A DNA stretch of 64,000 nucleotides, from NCBI GenBank assembly GCA_963693365.1, contig CAVNZM010000008.1, positions 8,002,818-8,066,817 on the forward strand, in the 5' to 3' direction. The stretch comes from Amoebidium appalachense (taxonomy: Eukaryota > Protista > Ichthyosporea). Below the pieces are notes generated by a model that saw only the letters and a list, made by a program, of their open reading frames with translations, was not told where the DNA came from and did not search any database. The translations under genes and the position numbers were made by a program. Positions 58,401-64,000 of the stretch are shown here, piece by piece. The stretch's first letter is position 1, and each line of letters opens with the position of its first letter.

Positions 58401-59442
58401 CTACACTGATTATAAGGCCTTATTGTGCACGGCACACTTTTCTTATGAAAATATCCCGTGGCCGATAGCATGTCCACATGATCATATACGCATACGCACC
58501 TCGGCCCGCGCGCGGGCCTACAAAGTGCCACTATGGGAGTCGGGACCCAATATACAAGGGCCTGGCCTGAGCTTGAACTTCCGCATGGGACGCAAGGGAG
58601 CAAGGGAGGCCGGCATGGGGTTGTCACCTACCGCTACTACTAGGCTCGGAGACGCAGCTGCGCACCGGTCACGGTCAAGCAGACGTCGACGTCGAGTTTC
58701 GGGCCACCCGTCACGGCACGTGCACCATATGCATGTCCGGATTCACTCCATGGCCAGGCATATTGCAAGGGTTTTCTTGAGGATGTCCGCCACAGTACAT
58801 GCTGGTGTATACGTGTTACCGTGTGTATGTCATATGTTACGTTGAAGCAGATCATGATCCGATGATTATGATGATGATAAGCTAGAGCTGGCTTTTGCTT
58901 TTTGTCCGACTATTTAGTATTAAGGGTCGGAGTTGCGGGTGATATCAGCTTGCGCATCGTCATGCGTCATGCCGAATTTGCATGAATACACATGCCGCCA
59001 CCCACTGCTTGAGCTACCGAGGGAATATTATGATAACCAACAACGCCCTTATGTGTCTATGTCACCTGGTAGATAGTACTGCAGCTTGGCATCGCAGGTC
59101 GGAAAGGGAACTAAAAAAATTGCAGCACGTGTGCAACGTGGAAGGCCATGCATATGCCATAAAAATCTTTGAAACCGTTGGCCCACGGGACGATGTTATT
59201 ATATTTGCAACGCCACTGTGATGACGCATTCAAAAGAAATTTCAAACCCATTCGACTATTATCCATCGACACTCTGTGGCACACATAAACAGGCACACAC
59301 ACACATATCACATTTGCAGCATCACACACCTGCAGGCACACAAACACGCACGAACTGTCTGGCACACATCATCACACACAGGCTCCCACACAAATTACAC
59401 ACATCGTACACATAACAACAAAGCGCGTGTTGCACACACACA

Positions 59443-59502
<60 letters not shown>

Positions 59503-59505
59503 GTC

Positions 59506-59546
<41 letters not shown>

Positions 59547-59906
59547 CACGCAATGCATATCATATGTAAGGAATGCAGTTCTCATGTAACTAATGCATCA
59601 CATTTAGTGGGAAATGAGGGCAAAAGGAGTGGGCGAGTGCATGTCACGGAGCCAAAAAAAAAAAAAAAACAAGAAGAAAATTGGAAGAGAATAAAGGCAG
59701 AAACTAACAGATTTGGAATCTACCCCTTCTACATGCACGCTGGCACACACAAAAGCGCACACATACACAAGGACACATCTGTTTGATCACAAACTCTATG
59801 AAAACATACCTGTGCCCACACACATGCACGGACCTGCACGCGCACACACACGTGCATACATGCAGGCACACACACACACACACACGCACACACACACACA
59901 TACACA

Positions 59907-59948
<42 letters not shown>

Positions 59949-60091
59949 GACACACTGACATACACACACACACGGACACGAAGACATATACACACACACC
60001 CTCATGCACATGCACACACACGCATGCAAGCATGCATGCAAACACACACACACACACACACTTACACGCACACACACACACACACGTGCAG

Positions 60092-64000
<3,909 letters not shown>

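Noticed and set aside
56400-58950. Short ORFs and small GC palindromes between the zinc-finger and kinase genes
   Set aside because: No recognisable domain or coherent exon chain; treated as intergenic or regulatory sequence.

Overview
Intron-rich eukaryotic DNA, probably from a unicellular opisthokont (inference only). Its introns are packed with poly(G/C) and (GT/CA)n tracts, so most ORFs in the supplied track are microsatellite artefacts. The right three-quarters holds host-type genes: a multi-exon NUP93/Nic96 nucleoporin (-), a Ser/Pro-rich disordered protein with RVxW and RFxV docking motifs (+), a C2H2 zinc-finger protein (-), and a MEDS-like/HisKA/HATPase histidine kinase (+) that runs off the end. 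The left ~17.8 kb looks like an accessory or mobile block. It contains a divergent, frameshifted KDM4-like JmjN/JmjC demethylase fused to an unknown N-terminal domain, several intronless orphan ORFs (one with two DUF5763-like CCCH fingers of a type common in large DNA viruses), and many young tandem arrays. The block ends at a near-perfect 367-bp GC-rich palindrome with nested mini-hairpins. A separate ~250-bp dispersed repeat family (about 10-12 copies) sits in poly(C) tracts, is co-oriented with host genes, is variably 5'-truncated, and shows compensatory base changes in a long RNA stem. All domain calls come from motifs recognised by eye; no searches were run.
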